From contig NEEC01000008.1 of assembly GCA_002189035.1 (NCBI GenBank), forward strand, positions 744,001 to 808,000: a stretch of DNA of 64,000 nucleotides, written 5' to 3'. How positions within the stretch are numbered: the stretch's first letter is position 1; the number at the start of each line of letters is the position of its first letter. The stretch comes from Utricularia gibba (Eukaryota > Plantae > Magnoliophyta). The notes under the pieces are model-generated. The model made no database searches. It was given only the letters and a program-made list of their open reading frames with translations, and was not told the DNA's origin. Made by a program: the position numbers and the translations under genes. Positions 15,640 to 28,191 of the stretch are shown piece after piece.

Positions 15640-15970
15640 TGTTGAAGAGCATCCAACTTATCTTAAACTTTTTTCATTTATTCGATTTCAAATCAATTAG
15701 AGTGCAACATGTGATATGATCTTTACAACTCTTTTTTTTATTTTCGTTGATAATTTTCGTGTAAAAACGTGTGGCCACTCCAAATTCTCCTGTTGTGTTT
15801 CATTCTGGACGTAATCTACCGTTATACCATCTTTTCAAACTATTCCAAAAAAAAAAACTCTATCCTCCTACATTCAATCAAAGCATGTTGAATTGATTTT
15901 ATGCATCTAGTGCATTCATCACACATATCAGATGCAATCATATGTTGTTGATTTAACTTTTCTACCCATT
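15640..15970 (-). mobile_element. Degenerate LINE (L1-like) remnant, zf-RVT region
   Basis: The minus strand reads EKLNQQHMIASDMCDECTRCIKSIQHALIEC..W, matching the CxxC..SIxHxLxEC..W zinc-binding motif. Further on, AL*LI*NRINEKV resembles the LWxxWxxRN motif. Confidence 0.45.
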
Positions 15971-16442
15971 TCTCTCATTAATACTTTATATCTTACATAT
16001 CTCGTTCTCGCATCCTCAAACAGTATTTTATATGACTTGGAGGTTAGATAGATGAGTAGAATTCATGAATAGTAGAGATATATTTGAAACATTTTATGTT
16101 TTTTTTTTGGAAAAATATATAAAAATCAATTATGTCATCAAATATTATTTTTAAAATCGAATAAGTAAGTTGTCCGGTCAAAGAAAAGGATGTGGTGGAA
16201 CCTTCCATTTGATTGGAAACCGATATTTTAAAGGCTATCAGCCCTAAACTGAGATATTCAAGGCTTTGAAATGGATGAAGATGAAGAAGGGGGTAGACAC
16301 TAGGCAGGGTACCCCTGCCTGCCGGGGAAATCCTATTATGCACGTGCCTCCATCCGCACGTTGATGATGTATGTATCTTCCAGGTCCTTCTTCTTTAGGG
16401 GGAGAAGGGGTCTTGTCTACTTCTAGGGTTATACCTACTAAA

Positions 16443-16742
16443 TTAGGCATATGCGGCCACGCCTTTCTTTTCTGTGGCATGGTCCAGCAACTCAACACTC
16501 CTTCTAGAACGTGGAGTAGCCCCTGACTCGGAATCCCTCCCTCCCTCTGTGGCTGCGGCTGTGGCTGTGGCTGTGGCTGGTGTGTGGAAACAGACAGGGC
16601 GTGCGGCGCGCCTATGGACTCCTGAATGAGGGTCAGGGACAGGGACAGGGACAGGGACAGGCTCAGGAGTCCAACTGCCTGCCACCATCTCTGAACTGCT
16701 TGTCCCCGGGGCCAGAGAGGAAACTTCCATCTCTGCCGCCAT
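16443..16742 (-). CDS. Unassigned small protein (99 aa, MAAEMEVSS...KKGVAAYA*), low complexity
   Basis: GC-rich island with an ATG in good context (AAGATGG), a possible 5'UTR intron (GTGAGT ~16866 to CTTGCCAG ~16757) and in-frame hexamer repeats encoding (PV)n and (AT)n. No family recognised. Confidence 0.45.
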   Translation of the reverse strand: MAAEMEVSSLAPGTSSSEMVAGSWTPEPVPVPVPVPDPHSGVHRRAARPVCFHTPATATATAAATEGGRDSESGATPRSRRSVELLDHATEKKGVAAYA

Positions 16743-18184
16743 CTTCCCTTTCTTCTTTCTGGCAAGGCGGAGGGAATTCTCAGTGTTGTTCAGCTTGGGA
16801 GAACAAGCTTGTTGGGTTCTCAGCAATAGTGAGGAGCAAACGGCAATAGTAGCTCCCTCGACACTCACATTTTGTGCTTTTCTTCAACTTGACCTCCGGT
16901 CAGCCTCCGCCGGCGCCGGCGAGCAAGTAGGCCGGCGGACACCGTCTTGGATGACATGCAACTGTCCGATTTCAATGTAGCCTCTTCATTGGTGGGGTAT
17001 CCTTGCACCCAGGGACCACCCGCACATTTTATCACTAGAAGACAATTTAAACGTGAATGAAGTTAGATCCATATGTCTATTAGTAGTTTTAGTATAAATA
17101 TTTCTCAAAAAAACACTTTTAAAGAAATTGAATTGAAATTAAAAATTGGATGAACTAGCACATATAAACTCGAAATATATAAATTTTATTGAAAAATAAA
17201 TTAAATCAAACATTTTTATTGATGATTTGTAATATTTTATATATTTTATGTTAATTTCTAAATGTGATAGTATTTGTTCTAATAATCATACTAAAATTGA
17301 ATTTGTATTTGATTCGATTAAAATTTATTTTTTGTGATTATAGATATTGATTGGGTTATAAATTGATTTAATTTTTTGTTAACTAAATTCAATGTATCTC
17401 CATATTGGGAGTAGGTATTATAACAAATATTTATACATTGGAAAATTAAAGTAAAATGCTTAAATATATAAAAAAAATATTGCATATAATTAATAATCGA
17501 TGAGATTTAATTTTTTATAATGTGATTTATGTTTTTTGTATATTTAAGTATTACGTATATTTGACTAACTCATTGAATCCTTAATTTGACGTACTATCAA
17601 AGTGCTTGTATTAATTATTAATAATCGATTGAGTTCAATATTTTTTTAATGTAATTTAGGATTCTTATTTATTTGAACTTCACCTATTTTTGCTCAATTC
17701 ATGGGATACTTAATTTCAACAAATAGAATATAAACTAACTAGTATATACACTAATTAGTAGGGAGAACTTGAGTTTTTTTTCACACACTAAATACTTATT
17801 TGGAAGTGTTTGTATTTCTCAAAGAATATTTAAGAAATAGTTTTATTAAAAAATAATCGAAATAAAAAAGCGTATGATTTGATAATATTTTCTTCAACAG
17901 TAGCTCCTAGAAACAAATTTAAAAGGAAGTTCTAAGCTCCATGGTAGTGACAGATGCTTCCCCGAGCACATAATGTCTTATGGTTTCTGAGAGGGCGATG
18001 GATCCTTCAAAAGAGTGAAAGGTGCCGGTGTCCGTCTCATGGTCAGGGACACGGGGGGACTCGGGACGTGGTGCAAGTGTCCATGGAGCGAGATCCGCAT
18101 TTATTAGCTTCATCTACCTCCACATGCGTCCTGTTTTCCTCCCCTCATCTTCTTCTAGGTCCTTTGTTCAAGAGTAAAGCCTCG

Positions 18185-20329
18185 ATGGATTGGCTGTTCA
18201 GGGTGAGAGCTGTCTTCTTGGCCATGCTTTCCAGTTCGGCGCTCCTGCACCGGAGGCTCCGGTTCGCTGCATTTTCTGTCATCCTCATGTGCTCTCGCTT
18301 CGCCATTTCCTTGGAGCAAGGTGTCTGTCCCGCCCTAAAATTTCTACTTCTGAAACAGTCGTATTTAGCAGATAATTTTCTCATCTTTAGCTTCGATATT
18401 AGTAGCAGCATTTTTGGTATAGAATAAAGGCTAGCTCCATGATTATGTTCTTGTCATGTGTTGTTTAACTTGTGAAAATGCAGAGCCGAGGTACAGTTTC
18501 GTGAGCCAAGCGACGTCAGCTCCGGCATACTCCACCTATGACTACATCATAATCGGAGGCGGGACCGCCGGATGCCCGCTCGCCGCCACGCTCTCCCATG
18601 GCGCCACAGTGCTCCTTCTGGAGCGAGGAGGCACACCCTACGGCAACGCCAACATCACCCATCTCTCCGCCTTCGGGAAAGCCCTCGTTGACGACAATGA
18701 CAGTTCCCCGTCTCAGCGCTTCGTGTCCGAGGATGGGGTCATCAACGCGCGCGCACGCGTTCTCGGTGGCGGCAGCTGCATAAACGCGGGGTTCTACACG
18801 CGCGCCCCTGCCGACTACGTCGCCGCGGCCGGGTGGGACCCGATGCTGGTTAACACAGCGTACCAATGGGTGGAGAAGATGGTGGCGTTTCAGCCGGAGG
18901 TGAAGCAGTGGCAGTCGGCGGTGAGAGATGGTTTGCTCGAAGTTGGGGTAGGACCGTACAATGGCTTTACATATGATCACTTGGTCGGTACGAAGGTCGG
19001 CGGATCCATCTTTGACGCCGACGGGGAGCGCCACACCGCGGCGGATCTATTGAAGTATGCTGATCCTAAACGCCTCACGGTGCTCTTGCACGCCACCGTG
19101 TATAAAATCCTCTTCAAATATAGAGGTGGTGCCTTCCTTTTCGAACAAATTACCCAAATCGGTTTCTTTGGTTTCAACATAAAACGAGTGTAATGGACAG
19201 GTAGAAAGAGGCCATTAGCCGAGGGAGTGGTTTTCAGAGACGCCATGGGAGTGCTTCACAGAGCTTCCTTGAAGCCGAACTTGAAGAACGAGGTGATAGT
19301 CTCAGCTGGAGCGCTTGGAAGCCCACAGCTGCTGATGCTGAGTGGTGTTGGTCCAGCAAACCATCTCCGAGCCAACAACATATCCCTTGTTTTGGATCAG
19401 CCCTTTGTCGGCCAGGGCATGGCTGATAACCCCATGAACGCCGTCTTCATTCCCTCCCCGCAGCCTGTCGAAATCTCCCTCATTCAAGTTGTCGGAATAA
19501 CCAGTTTCGGAAGCTACATTGAGGCTGCCAGTGGTGAAAATTTCATCTCTTCTTCATCCTTCTCCCTATCGTCCGCTGAGGTTTGCAGTTCTTACTCCCT
19601 CATCAGTTATGGTAGCTGTTGGTCTTTTGAACAAGTAGAAAATGTTCACGACTGCAGATTGGACAGCTGTGGAGCTTGCCCCCGAAGCAGAGGACACCGG
19701 AGGCAATGGCTAGTGCAGCTGAGGCTTCGGATAATCCAAGTCTACAGGGAGGATTCATTCTTGAGAAGATTATGGGTCCTGTTTCCAAGGGCTATCTAAA
19801 GCTCAAGAGCAAGAATCCCAACGAGAATCCATCAGTCACCTTTAACTACTTCAAGGAACCAGAGGATCTTCAGAGGTGCATTGATGGTGTGAAAGTTATC
19901 ATGTCCGTGATTACATCAAAGGCGTTTACAACCTTTCGATACGATGTTCTTCCACCACAGCTTGAGTTCCTCCTCAACGTCACTGCCAATTCACCGATAA
20001 ATGAGTTCTTTCTGGACTCTGCACTGGAGAGGTTCTGCAAGGATACTGTGATGACAATATGGCATTACCATGGAGGCTGTCAGGTGGGGAAAGTCGTTGA
20101 TTCTGAGTATAAGGTTATCGGTGTTGGCTCTCTTCGTGTTGTTGATGGATCCACGTTTCATGACTCGCCGGGGACGAATCCTCAGGCAACCGTCATGATG
20201 CTCGGAAGGTATGTATGCATCTAAGCTGTTAAGTTACTTCTTCAAGTGCTGTCATATGGAATAACCAAGAGATGTGCTGTCTATAGGTACATGGGATCGA
20301 GGATTCTCCAAGAAAGGTTCAGCGGTTAA
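18185..20329 (+). CDS. HOTHEAD-like / mandelonitrile lyase-like GMC oxidoreductase (5 exons)
   Basis: [85 protein letters not shown] and [27 protein letters not shown]. Confidence 0.94.
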
Positions 20330-20677
20330 GGAGAATCAATTGAGCGATGCAGCGTATCTCTAAAGAAATTACATTCTACCCACATCTCTGTCTGTGACTC
20401 TGGCGTCTTGTGTAGCATTTTGTTGTGCATGGGCCTAATGAAATCTCGTCTTCTCCAGAAATACATATCTATGGTTCTGTAGCAAAACCAGTGACACGTT
20501 TTGGAAGAGAGCCGAGGAGTAAAAGAAAAGAAACATTCGACATTTTTACAAACCAGCACAGATGTATACAGATATATTTATTACTGTATCATGAGCAATC
20601 AACATGAAGGCAGGAATGAGTTTGTTTGTGAAACTTTGTATGGCTGAAAAATTCAGACTTGAACATCTGGAACCAAT

Positions 20678-22684
20678 CTATCTCTTGCGTTTGGATTTGA
20701 GAGAGGTTGATGTTTGTGAGTTGCCATGCCAGTTTCTTTTTCTCTGGTTGATGAACCAGTTGTTTATCTGCTTTAGCTGCAGGCCTGTCTCCTCGACAAG
20801 TTTCGCCTTATCTTCCTCCTAAGAACACACAAAAATCACCCACGGATTCCCAGTCCTCGATCTTTCAAAACTTGTGAAAAAAAACGACTGAAATGCACTT
20901 ACTGTAGGATAAGGCCATTTTGAGTGTTGCTGCCACCAGTTCTTCAGCACGCTTGTTGTATCACCAGGCAGCTTTCCAGCTCTTCTCTTGCGCAGGATTT
21001 CCTCCCTGACGTCCTCGATCCTCGACTTAAACCCCTGATGAAAAACAAGGATTACGACAGGAGTAGAGTTTCATTTGATTTGGCAGTCAGCTGTTAGAAG
21101 AGGATAAGCTGACTATCTCTGTATACCTGTTTTAACTCAACCTTGAGTTCCTGCCTCACTCTCTCCATTAAGGACCTTTCTGACTCTGTTGGAAGCAATG
21201 GACCAAATCCCATGAGATCCTGGCTGTCAGTGCTTGCTTGTTCAAACGGCAAATCCATTGGGATTTCCTCGTCATCATCAGACATGGTTGCTCCGGTGTC
21301 TTCGCCTATAGTCTCTCCTGGTTTGCAGAGAACCAAGAATTTAAGCTGGAAAGAATGGCCTCAAGTTTGCAGCAACAGGGTGAAATACACAAACTATAAA
21401 AACATCAAGCTCATCCTCAGCAAAGCAGCACTGCGTTTTGACAAAACAAACAAGTTCAGATAAACAAGAAGGATGCGATGGGAATGAAGATGTCAAATTT
21501 TTTAGGATGATCTAAGACAATAGTTTCATGTCGAATACATTGAACTGTTCCTAATTTTTTAGTTCTCAGTTCCAAGTACATGAATGCAAGAACAGCTTCA
21601 GCATAACTTGTCATTGGCTTCGCCATTCATCTAAAAATCAGCCCAACAATATAAGTGACTCATTGGTGGATACAACCACTCTACCAACCTGTAGTTGGAG
21701 CATGACATCAAGCCCCTACCAAATCACACTTATTTATCCAACCACCCACTAAACAAATCAGGCTTCAATCCAAATCTACCATGTCATATGACAACAAATC
21801 AGACAACCTATGGGGAAATAATACCCGATGATGATACATAGTACTTCTTGCTTCCCCCTATTACCATGTGGAGTGGTTTACTTGTCCACATCTAGTTAAA
21901 CTTCAAACATATTGGGTAGTTGGGAAAAAAAATGGAGAATTTCACAACGGTACTCAATCTCAAGGTTAATCACGGATTTATCATGTTGATTGAGAAGATA
22001 TGAGCATTTAATACTTTACACGGGAAGGAAAAGTGAGACGGAGTAGGTGCGAGGGGAGCATTAATTGTCAAATTTACCAGTTAACGATTGCAAATTCTGC
22101 TCAATTTCTCGGCAGGCCATGACAGCTTCAACGGCGTGGACTCTGACATGTTGCTGTAGCTGCTCTCTAAATGAACACAAAACTAACAAATACTGAGCCT
22201 GCTCCAATGGGAGAAGAATAAACATCGTCACAATCCCCAAAACGCAAGTCGTATAATTCTCAAGTCCAGATTTCGAGGATAAAGAAGAAAACCCAAAGGA
22301 TACCAGAACTCATGAAAGCAACCGAACGACGTAACAACGCGAAATACGGAAAGCGGTACAAATTGCAAAAGAAAATAGAGAGCCCACCAGGAAGTTATCG
22401 AGCTCTTGCTTTTCATGTGGAGAGAAAGAGCTCGAAGCCCCTTGGGCATAGCAGCGCAAGATTTGATGGGACTGAGAGATCTGAGCATCAATTAGTGGGA
22501 GTTGATCTATCGGTGTCGCTACCCTCAAACAGGCAACGTGCATCCCAAGAAGCTCCTCGAACAAGGGGTGGGCGGCGATCTCCGCCTTCAGCTGGTGGTG
22601 GAGCTCCCCGGAAACAACCAAGGAGACATCGGAGACTCCAGCATGAGAACCCATCATGCTCATCCCCTGCTCTTGCTCTTGCAT
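20678..22684 (-). CDS. KNAT7: Class II KNOX homeodomain protein, KNAT7 type (5 exons)
   Basis: KNOX1 [39 protein letters not shown]2 [24 protein letters not shown] region [19 protein letters not shown] and homeodomain [42 protein letters not shown]. The short N-terminus is typical of KNAT7. Confidence 0.93.
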
Positions 22685-24997
22685 ACTCAAAACCAGAGGA
22701 TAAACAAGATAAAGATTGATTCTTTCGGGATTGGGTAGCTGCGAGTCAGCGAAACTAGAGAACAAGAAGAAAAGGGCTTTCAAGGATAATATAAAGAGAA
22801 CAGATGGTGGGTCAGAGAGAGCAGTATTTCTTGCCGCGAGAAGCAAAGGCGCACTCTTCTGCTAGTCACGTTAAAAAAATTCAGAAATTGATAAAGAATT
22901 CGGAGGAGGAGAAGAAGTCTTCACCATCTAGATATCTGCCTGCTCTCTATGAGGATAAGAGAGGGAGAGAGAGAGGGCTTCCTGCAACTACAAATCGGAG
23001 AGCCATCCGGCAGGCCTCCATTGGAACACGTAAAATCTGCAGGTTAAAAGTGGAAGTCACCCCGCCCCCTGCCACCTCAAAGTACAAATACATGAAATCA
23101 AGGGGCTCGTTTTTTAAAAAATTACCATATTAAAAAAGTAGCCTCCCGAAATTTGGAATTTCACTAACAAGTCCCCCACGTGTCATCTACTAATTGGCGG
23201 TTTTCACTACTTTGGACCGACCATCAATCTGGGCCTGTCCGCTCCTCAAACTCCCCAAGCCCATTTATTATACGGGGCAGCCCATGTACCCACCTATCTG
23301 GGCCTTGGGTTTCGATAAGCCCAATCCCGTAGGCCCACGTGCCGATTGTCGTGGAGGAGGCAAGTGAACCGTACATGGTACTGCTCTAATTTTTGAAATA
23401 ATAAAATTACCCCGCAGTGAAAGGCGAGAGCATGAGTTTCTTTACATGAATAAAATATTATTAAAGAGGACAGACTTTTATGGAAAGTGGGAGTAGGGTA
23501 TGGACGCATCGAGGGAGGCGACGGACGTGCCCCGAGTCATTATCACCACCTTCTAAAAATAGAATCAGGAAAATTACATTACGCAAATGATTTCACATTA
23601 AAGAAAAGAAACTAAAATACAAACCGACAAGGGTATTGGGAATTGGGGGCGACAGCGAGTACCCTTAACCACGTGACCACCATTTCCTAGATTGTACGGT
23701 CCTCGTTTAAATCATTTTTTATTCACTAAAATTCATTCCAAATAACTTCAATTGTTGCTTAAAATAATAAAAGAAAAATATTTTTCAAAAAACGTTTCTA
23801 ACAAATATATATTGATCTCATAAAAAAACCGAAATTTTATATTATTACATTATATTAAAATATTTTACAAATCATAGATCATATCTCTCTTACAACGTTT
23901 TGATCATATCTATATTGTATGATATTACTTGTTTTGGACATCAAATCCTCACGATTTTGTATTTTACTCATCTTTGATATACTTTCTAAGAAGGTCACAT
24001 ATCATCACTCTACTTCAAACCAATCACATTTAATTTTAAAATTACTATCAAGTATACTTCATCATATTGGAAAAAAGTTTTCGTGCAAAATTTTTATAAT
24101 CATTCTACTCAATCTCATCATCCCCTCTCATCCGTAACCCATGTGTGATTTATCTAATGTCCTTACATTCTTCCTCTAGATGGGACAGGTCACTAGAATT
24201 TACATATTTTTAAAAATAATAAACGATTGTATATTCATTTTATTTGATAACAAAATTAGTTATACTATCATTTTTTAGGAGTGAAAATGGTGTCCAATAG
24301 CTATAAAGTCAACAATTTCAAGTGACCCACATAACTAATCTAAAGTTTGGGCTTTCAGGTTTCGGAATTTTGGTTGAATTGGAAACCCAAATTTTAGGTT
24401 AATATGGTTATGGTAGGTACTCACATATGATTTGGTCCTCAATAATGGCATGGCATGTTATTTTGCACAGCACATGCTCCTTGTTGGTGAGGAAAAAGGA
24501 GCTTGGAAGCCATAAATGAAGACGCGACGAAGACGGGATCCCATAAATACCTAAACGCATGAGCGAGAAGTGGAGTGAAAGCGACTTTGCAAGCTTAAAT
24601 GGCAGCCTGCATCAGACCCCTCCATGCCAACACTCTAACCTAAGCCTACCGTTTTGCCACACTTCATCTGCTCCGGATATCCATTCATACACACCACAGT
24701 TCAGGTATGGCTTCCTTTTTCAGCATCCCCATCTTCTCCACCTCAAAATCCATCCATTTGCCTAGCTGATCGTCAACAAGAGGAAGCTTCTTCTAGGGTT
24801 CAGTTTGCTTCTTTTTTGTTTGTTCTCTCTTTGCATTATAGCTCCCCAGATCTGGACAAAGAAACCCACAAATAGATTATCCGTTCAACGGTCCTTAGGC
24901 CCTTGTGGCCAACTGCACCTCGTATTTCATCAATCTTTCTGTTTTAAGCCCTTCTTTTCCAGGCAGATTTCGAGTTTTTAGCTGGAAGATCGAGAAT

Positions 24998-26430
24998 ATG
25001 GTGAGGGGGAAAACTCAGATGAGGAGAATAGAGAATCCAACGAGCAGGCAGGTGACTTTCTCCAAGAGGAGGAGTGGGCTGGTGAAGAAAGCTTATGAGC
25101 TATCAGTTCTCACGGATGCCCAAATTGCTCTCATCGTTTTCTCCTCCAAAGGACGACTCTACCAGTACTCAAGTCCCAGGTGTGTACGTATGCTTAACAG
25201 TCATCTCGTAGTTTGTACACCTCAGACAAATGCACTGTTCTATTTTCATTTGTTGCTGTTACTGTTTAATGCACTAGGCATCTTTTACGAATGAGGGTTT
25301 GTCCTTGCTTTCTTGACTTTTACAGTTGTCTCTTCTGATCACTTTGTACATGAAAGATGTCAATGGCTTTGGATCTTGATCGCTCCCTTTCATAAGATCG
25401 TACCATTTGTTCTGAGCAAGAAAAAAAAACCTAATTGCAAGTCATTAACCAGTCATGTCAAGGAATCAGATACCTCCACCGTCTGTATTGAAAAGAACAT
25501 CCCACCGTCCTATATTACTTCATTTCTTACCTCTGTACGACGCATCTGTTGCAAAATATTTTGTTTTGCAGTACAATTGAGGAGACTCTAGAGAGGTATA
25601 AGAAAATTGAAGAAATTTGGGAATGTACAGTGACTGAAGGAAGTACACATGTAACAATCCTGCCTTTTTTTCTTCTTTTCATTGTCAAACAGTTTGATGA
25701 TTCTTATGCAACAAGTTTGAAATTCATCTGCAGGGAGCAGCACATGAAACAGCTGACCTGAGCAAGAAGATAGAGCTCCTGGATGATTCTGCAAGGCAGT
25801 ACTTTTGAGAAATCATGCCATTTCATTTTCTTCCATCCAATGGACTGTTGTTTGTTTTGTAATCTACAGAAAGTTAATGGGAGAAGATCTAGATGATTGT
25901 ACCATTGAGGATCTGGAAGCTCTGGAGCAACAGTTACACCAAAGTTTAAGCAAGTTCAGGTCTAGAAAGGTGAGAAGTAATTGCTGTAATATCATGTGAC
26001 TATTTCTGAATATGCCCTTCATACTTTCTGTTGTGTTTCCTAGAACACGCTTTTCAGGCAGCACCTTGATGAGCTTAAGGAAAAGGTGCCCGCCTAATCC
26101 TTGCTGCTACTTTCCTTCATTAAAATCTGCATGAAGTAATTTTACACTTGGAACACATGATATATACTTGACGCAGGAAAAAAAGCTAATTAAGACAAAG
26201 ACAGAGATGATGGAAAAGGTACATGTAACACTAAAATCTGATCATCCTTCCAGAGGTTCAACGGACACGAAGTATCTCAAAATTGCTGCGAATTTTCCAT
26301 TCCCTCTGTGTAGTTTGAAGTGCTTCAGATTCCAGCAGCGGAGTCCATGAAGGAAGTGCTGGTGGAAACGGCACTGACCATAGGGCTGCCCGGATATCGT
26401 CATACCAGACAGACTAATGAAGCAAGATGA
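24998..26430 (+). CDS. MIKC MADS-box protein, SOC1/TM3 clade (7 exons)
   Basis: [25 protein letters not shown]. Exons 3-6 have the canonical MIKC sizes 62/100/42/42 nt. The last exon (from 26313) carries a SOC1-motif-like [10 protein letters not shown]; TGA at 26428-26430. Confidence 0.9.
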
Positions 26431-26822
26431 AGAAGACATTCGGAAATTCATTTGGTTTGCTAGAGTGTTACCTTATGTTGACAGACTTTAGATGCCTGAC
26501 TCTATTTCCTTTCTGAATAGTTATCTCACCCCTATCCTATCCCATGCCCACTCCATCGTTGAAACCTGCTCTCCCTGGAAAACAATTTCACAGCAGAAAT
26601 GAGGCATACCAGAATGGTGTAGTTCAACCATTCACGTGTAATCTCTCACACACTCATCCCATGTTTCCTTATTCTTTTCCCTCAGCCTACAGATACTGCT
26701 CTCTAGCACGATAACTTTATGGGCAGGCACCGAACTGAAGGATTAAAAAGGATGATCAGGTTTCTGGTACGCTAAACCACCATGCCGAGAACGTCGGTAC
26801 CTCCTCTGTGTTGAGGCATTGT

Positions 26823-27340
26823 ACACGTGGCGGCGAGAAAGCTCAACGGAGGAAGAGGGTTCTTCCGCTGCTGATTTATGGACACGTGGCGCTCCCACAT
26901 CCCACGTGTGCTACCTGCGTATCGTTCATCTCTTTCAAAACAAACCCTGGCCGTCAGATAGAGAAGCATTCACCATTTGCTATGAATAACTACCATTTCA
27001 TTATTAAACATGAAATATTGATGCTCCAAAAAGAATATAAATTAGACAATAAATAGAAAATTATAGGCATTCAATTAAATTTCCATTTTATTATAAGCAC
27101 TTAAGGAAAAGTAAAACTCAAAACGACATTAGACATGGATAAACTCTAAATTTGATATAAAAATATTATTTGATTTTGAGTTCAATAATTTTATTTTCAA
27201 TATGAAGGTTTTTTTAAATAAAATTAAATTGATTGGATTTGGATTTTATTTTTTTTTAAGATAAAAAGTTAACCATATATATAGTGAGCTCGATGAGTGG
27301 CACCCTCGGATCCTCCTCACTCGCGGGGTGGTGACACGTG
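26823..27340. promoter_or_regulatory. G-box/ABRE cluster upstream of STAY-GREEN
   Basis: ACACGTGGC at 26823-26831 and 26882-26890; CACGTG at 26903-26908 and 27335-27340. Confidence 0.5.
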
Positions 27341-28191
27341 GATGATTCAATAAAAAAAAATCATTGAAATAAATGTTTAAGTTTTAATTAAATGACATTT
27401 TATTATAGTATTGGCATAATAGTTTAATTAATAATGTATTTGATTTATTTATATTTAAATAAACACATATCATGGGATTAAGATTAAAATTTTATTTGAT
27501 ACATATGTTTTACATACTTGATAGATATATTTAAAATAAATAATTTAGAAATAGAGTTGTTTAACAAAACCCATATAGAAACTCAATTCAAAGCGTAAAA
27601 CATTCGTATATTATTAAACTAATCTACCAAAATATACATTATTACTAATACGTAGACATTTAATAATAAAAATAATATATCAAATCTCCTCTAATTTTTT
27701 TTTATCTTCACACAATTAGGCGTATCATTTTGTAGAATAAATAGAATTAAAATGATTTATTCTCTTGATTTCTATTGACACCTATAAAGTCAAGCCATGT
27801 AGATGCTTTTATAAAATCTATTCTATTTAAAAATATCTAATTCTTAACTATAGAATTTATGTGATGTTTAAAGTATAGTTCAATATTTGAGCCATTAAAT
27901 TCGACGTAGCATCTAGAGACTACACAAAAAATAATATGTTTAGGCGAGAAATAGAAAAGTTAATGGCTGTCGTACGGACACGGGGGGGGGGGGGGGGCGA
28001 GAATTTAAAATTGTCCCGGCTCCAATTTAAACTCGGAGGGCGATGCCGGAAAAAAGTTCCAAGTTCACAAGCGAAAGCAACCTCGGTCAGCTTGTAAAGC
28101 AGAAGCGACGAAAAGCTTGATCATCGAGTATCTCCCTCGACCAAGTCTGTGTCGGCACGGTGATCGCTGCTGCCCTCTGGGGGTTCCATAG

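Noticed and set aside
16338-16360. Possible miR164 site (TGCACGTGCC)
   Set aside because: Only 10 of 21 nt match and there is no precursor hairpin.
16996-17004. U12-type 5' splice site GTATCCTT
   Set aside because: It is not inside a + strand gene, and no matching branch site or exon context was found.
17919-18427. Upstream ORFs of 64-157 aa around the GMC gene start, and the many antisense ORFs over GC-rich exons
   Set aside because: They are explained as in-frame 5'UTR read-through or shadow frames of real coding exons.
26894-26903. USE-like TCCCACATCC
   Set aside because: It mismatches the consensus, has no TATA at either spacing, and overlaps a G-box cluster.
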